From positions 5,055,492 to 5,119,491 of the forward strand of contig NC_068986.1 of the NCBI RefSeq assembly GCF_001194135.2: a stretch of DNA of 64,000 bases, read 5' to 3'. The notes beneath the pieces were generated by a model. That model made no database searches. It saw only the letters and a list, made by a program, of their open reading frames with translations, and was not told where the DNA came from. The DNA comes from Octopus bimaculoides (taxonomy: Eukaryota). How positions within the stretch are numbered: the first letter of the stretch is position 1; each line of letters begins with the position of its first letter. The position numbers and the translations under genes are program-made. Below, one piece after another: positions 62,948-64,000 of the stretch.

Positions 62948-63524
62948 AGAATATCTTTTATTCAAATTTAAATACAAAGAAACAGGAAAAAAGGGAGATA
63001 AGAAAGGAAAAGAACGAAAAGGTTTAAAAAAAGGGGAGTAAAGCAGCAGAAGATAGAGGGGGAGAGGGTGATGGGGCACATAAACTTCTGTGATCTAACT
63101 ACAGGGCCTAGTTTCAGAGAGAGAGAGTGATTAAACAATTATAGAATGAGTCTCTTTCTAAAACAATCCATATCAAATAGAATGATGTAGAATAAGGAAC
63201 ACTTTGAAGAAAATTTGATTTTTAATTTTCGTAGCTGGCCATATGTGAGCCTGCTACTAAAGTTAGAGCATATTAGCCTGTGCATGTTGCAGCCTATGAA
63301 TGTTGTAGCTTATGAGTATTGCAGATAGAAACAATCCCAGTTCATCACTGGTGCCCATACTTATTTATATATCTACTTTAATGTTAATTAATCCTAATTA
63401 TAAAAGTATTTCTAGCTTTGCTTTAAAAGGTTTGGTGGTTTTAACCACCAAATTCAGCAGATCTAACAAACAGATGATATCTTTTAGTAGTTTTATTAAT
63501 ATTTTGATATCAATAAGTATATGG

Positions 63525-63908
63525 CTGTGTGGTAAGAAGCTCTGCCTCTCAACCATATAGTTCCGGATTCAGTTCCACTTTGCAGCAACTTGGGCAAGTG
63601 TCTTCTACAATAGCCTCAGGCCAACCAAAGCCTTCTGAGTGGATTTGGACAGAAACTGAAAGAAGCCAATTATGTGTGTGTGTGTGTGTATTTATGAGTG
63701 TGTATCTCTGTGTCTGTTTTTGCCCCACCACCACCACCAGTGGTGGTATGTTTACGTACCCGTAACTTAGCAATCTGGCAAAAGAGACTGATAGAAATAG
63801 GCCCTAGAGTTTAAGAAATAGGCCCTAGAGTTGATCTGTTCGACTAAAATACTTCAAGGTGATGCCCCAGTATGTCCACAGTCGAACAACTGAAACAAGT
63901 AAAATATA
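63525..63908 (+). mobile_element. Diverged copy of the abundant tRNA-SINE
   Basis: atggctgtgtggtaagaagc...ggattcagttcc...ttgggcaagtgtcttctac...ctgaaacaagtaaaa. Confidence 0.8.
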
Positions 63909-64000
63909 AAAGATTTCCACTTTCCATTACCCTTTGTTAATATCCTCATATTAACATCTACATATAAGGTTAACTTTGCTAGAAGATTCAAAACTTTCAA

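Overview
Repeat-dense, AT-rich eukaryotic scaffold with seven N-gaps. The microsatellites, SINE families and intron style point to a coleoid cephalopod, most likely Octopus (inference). Two multi-exon genes lie head-to-head. PIGA (GPI-GlcNAc transferase catalytic subunit) is on the minus strand: 10 well-supported coding exons from 43468 down to 26944, a probable first coding exon at 46801-46829, and an unresolved terminal exon. ANKRD49 is on the plus strand: 4 coding exons, 49132-54787, 230 aa. No gene could be confidently identified in 1-25 kb or 55-64 kb; these regions hold tRNA-derived SINEs, RTE and CR1 LINE remnants, a Penelope-like GIY-YIG remnant, piggyBac-, Merlin- and hAT-like MITEs, and microsatellites. 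The most unusual signal is a set of six minimal type-I hammerhead-ribozyme-like motifs from four unrelated sequence families (CUGANGA + one extra nt + stem II + GAAA-like + palindromic mini stem III). These include a tRNA-headed SINE that carries one, and a near-perfect palindrome with one in each arm, both inside PIGA introns. All calls come from manual reading and translation; no database search or folding program was run.
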